The notes below the pieces were generated by a model. The model had not been told where the DNA came from and did no database searches. It worked only from the letters and a program-made list of their open reading frames with translations. A stretch of 64,000 nucleotides of DNA from the human T2T-CHM13v2.0 reference genome, Homo sapiens: NCBI RefSeq assembly GCF_009914755.1, contig NC_060935.1; one strand, written 5' to 3'. Position 1 is the stretch's first letter, and every line of letters begins with the position of its first letter. Positions 63,624-64,000 of this stretch are shown here, piece after piece. Position numbers and translations under genes: made by a program.

Positions 63624-64000
63624 GTGAGTACTTTAATTCAATAAGCAATTATTCCCTTTTGAATTTAAATCAAGCATCTGGGCTTCCATTCTTTCATAAC
63701 GACCTTACAACACTTCCAAAACTCTGCTCCTTTAAAATAGTTTTGTCTAAAATACAAAATCAGCGAAGGACAGAACTCATGCAGTAATTTCTGAATTTAA
63801 AATTCATTTTGTCTTGAAAGCAGCCCTTTTATCCCAAGCTTTTGGGGCAAAGGCAATATAAATTATGCCCTTGATACAGTTTTAAATTGTCTAAAGTTCT
63901 GACACCATGATCTGATAGATGAGGCATCTGCTTTCAAACAGAAAGGGGAAAGCGGTCTGCGAGCAGAGGGAGTCAGGCATTTGGTTCAGTATTTTGAATT

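Overview
Repeat-rich mammalian DNA, almost certainly human (Alu, L1, L2, MIR, MaLR, LTR12, Tigger7/MER44). It holds the upstream region and first three coding exons of a + strand gene recognised as POU2AF2 (C11orf53 / OCA-T1, 11q23.1). The exons are 28082-28091, 38212-38321 and 63581-63623, all with GT-AG junctions. They splice in frame to MESVPGDYSKRVYQGVRVKHTVKDLLAEKRSGQTSNSRLNGSVSSSQSPFVQMP(G), and the gene continues beyond the window. Exon 2 encodes the OCA peptide shared with OCA-B/POU2AF1, the module that docks on class II POU factors bound to octamer DNA; OCA-T1 is already described as the POU2F3 coactivator of tuft cells. Two perfect inverted octamers lie about 180-210 bp upstream of the start codon, suggesting a feedback loop. 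Other notable structure: a solo LTR12C in the gene's orientation, a cluster of nested palindromes with a templated duplication at about 6.2-6.5 kb, a TSD-flanked composite retro-insertion at 15.1-15.6 kb, further local templated duplications, a possible decayed Gypsy-like gag-pol and a strong CTCF-like site. Nearly all listed ORFs other than the one over exon 2 are repeat-derived or spurious. Repeat subfamily names are from recalled consensus features, and their boundaries are approximate.
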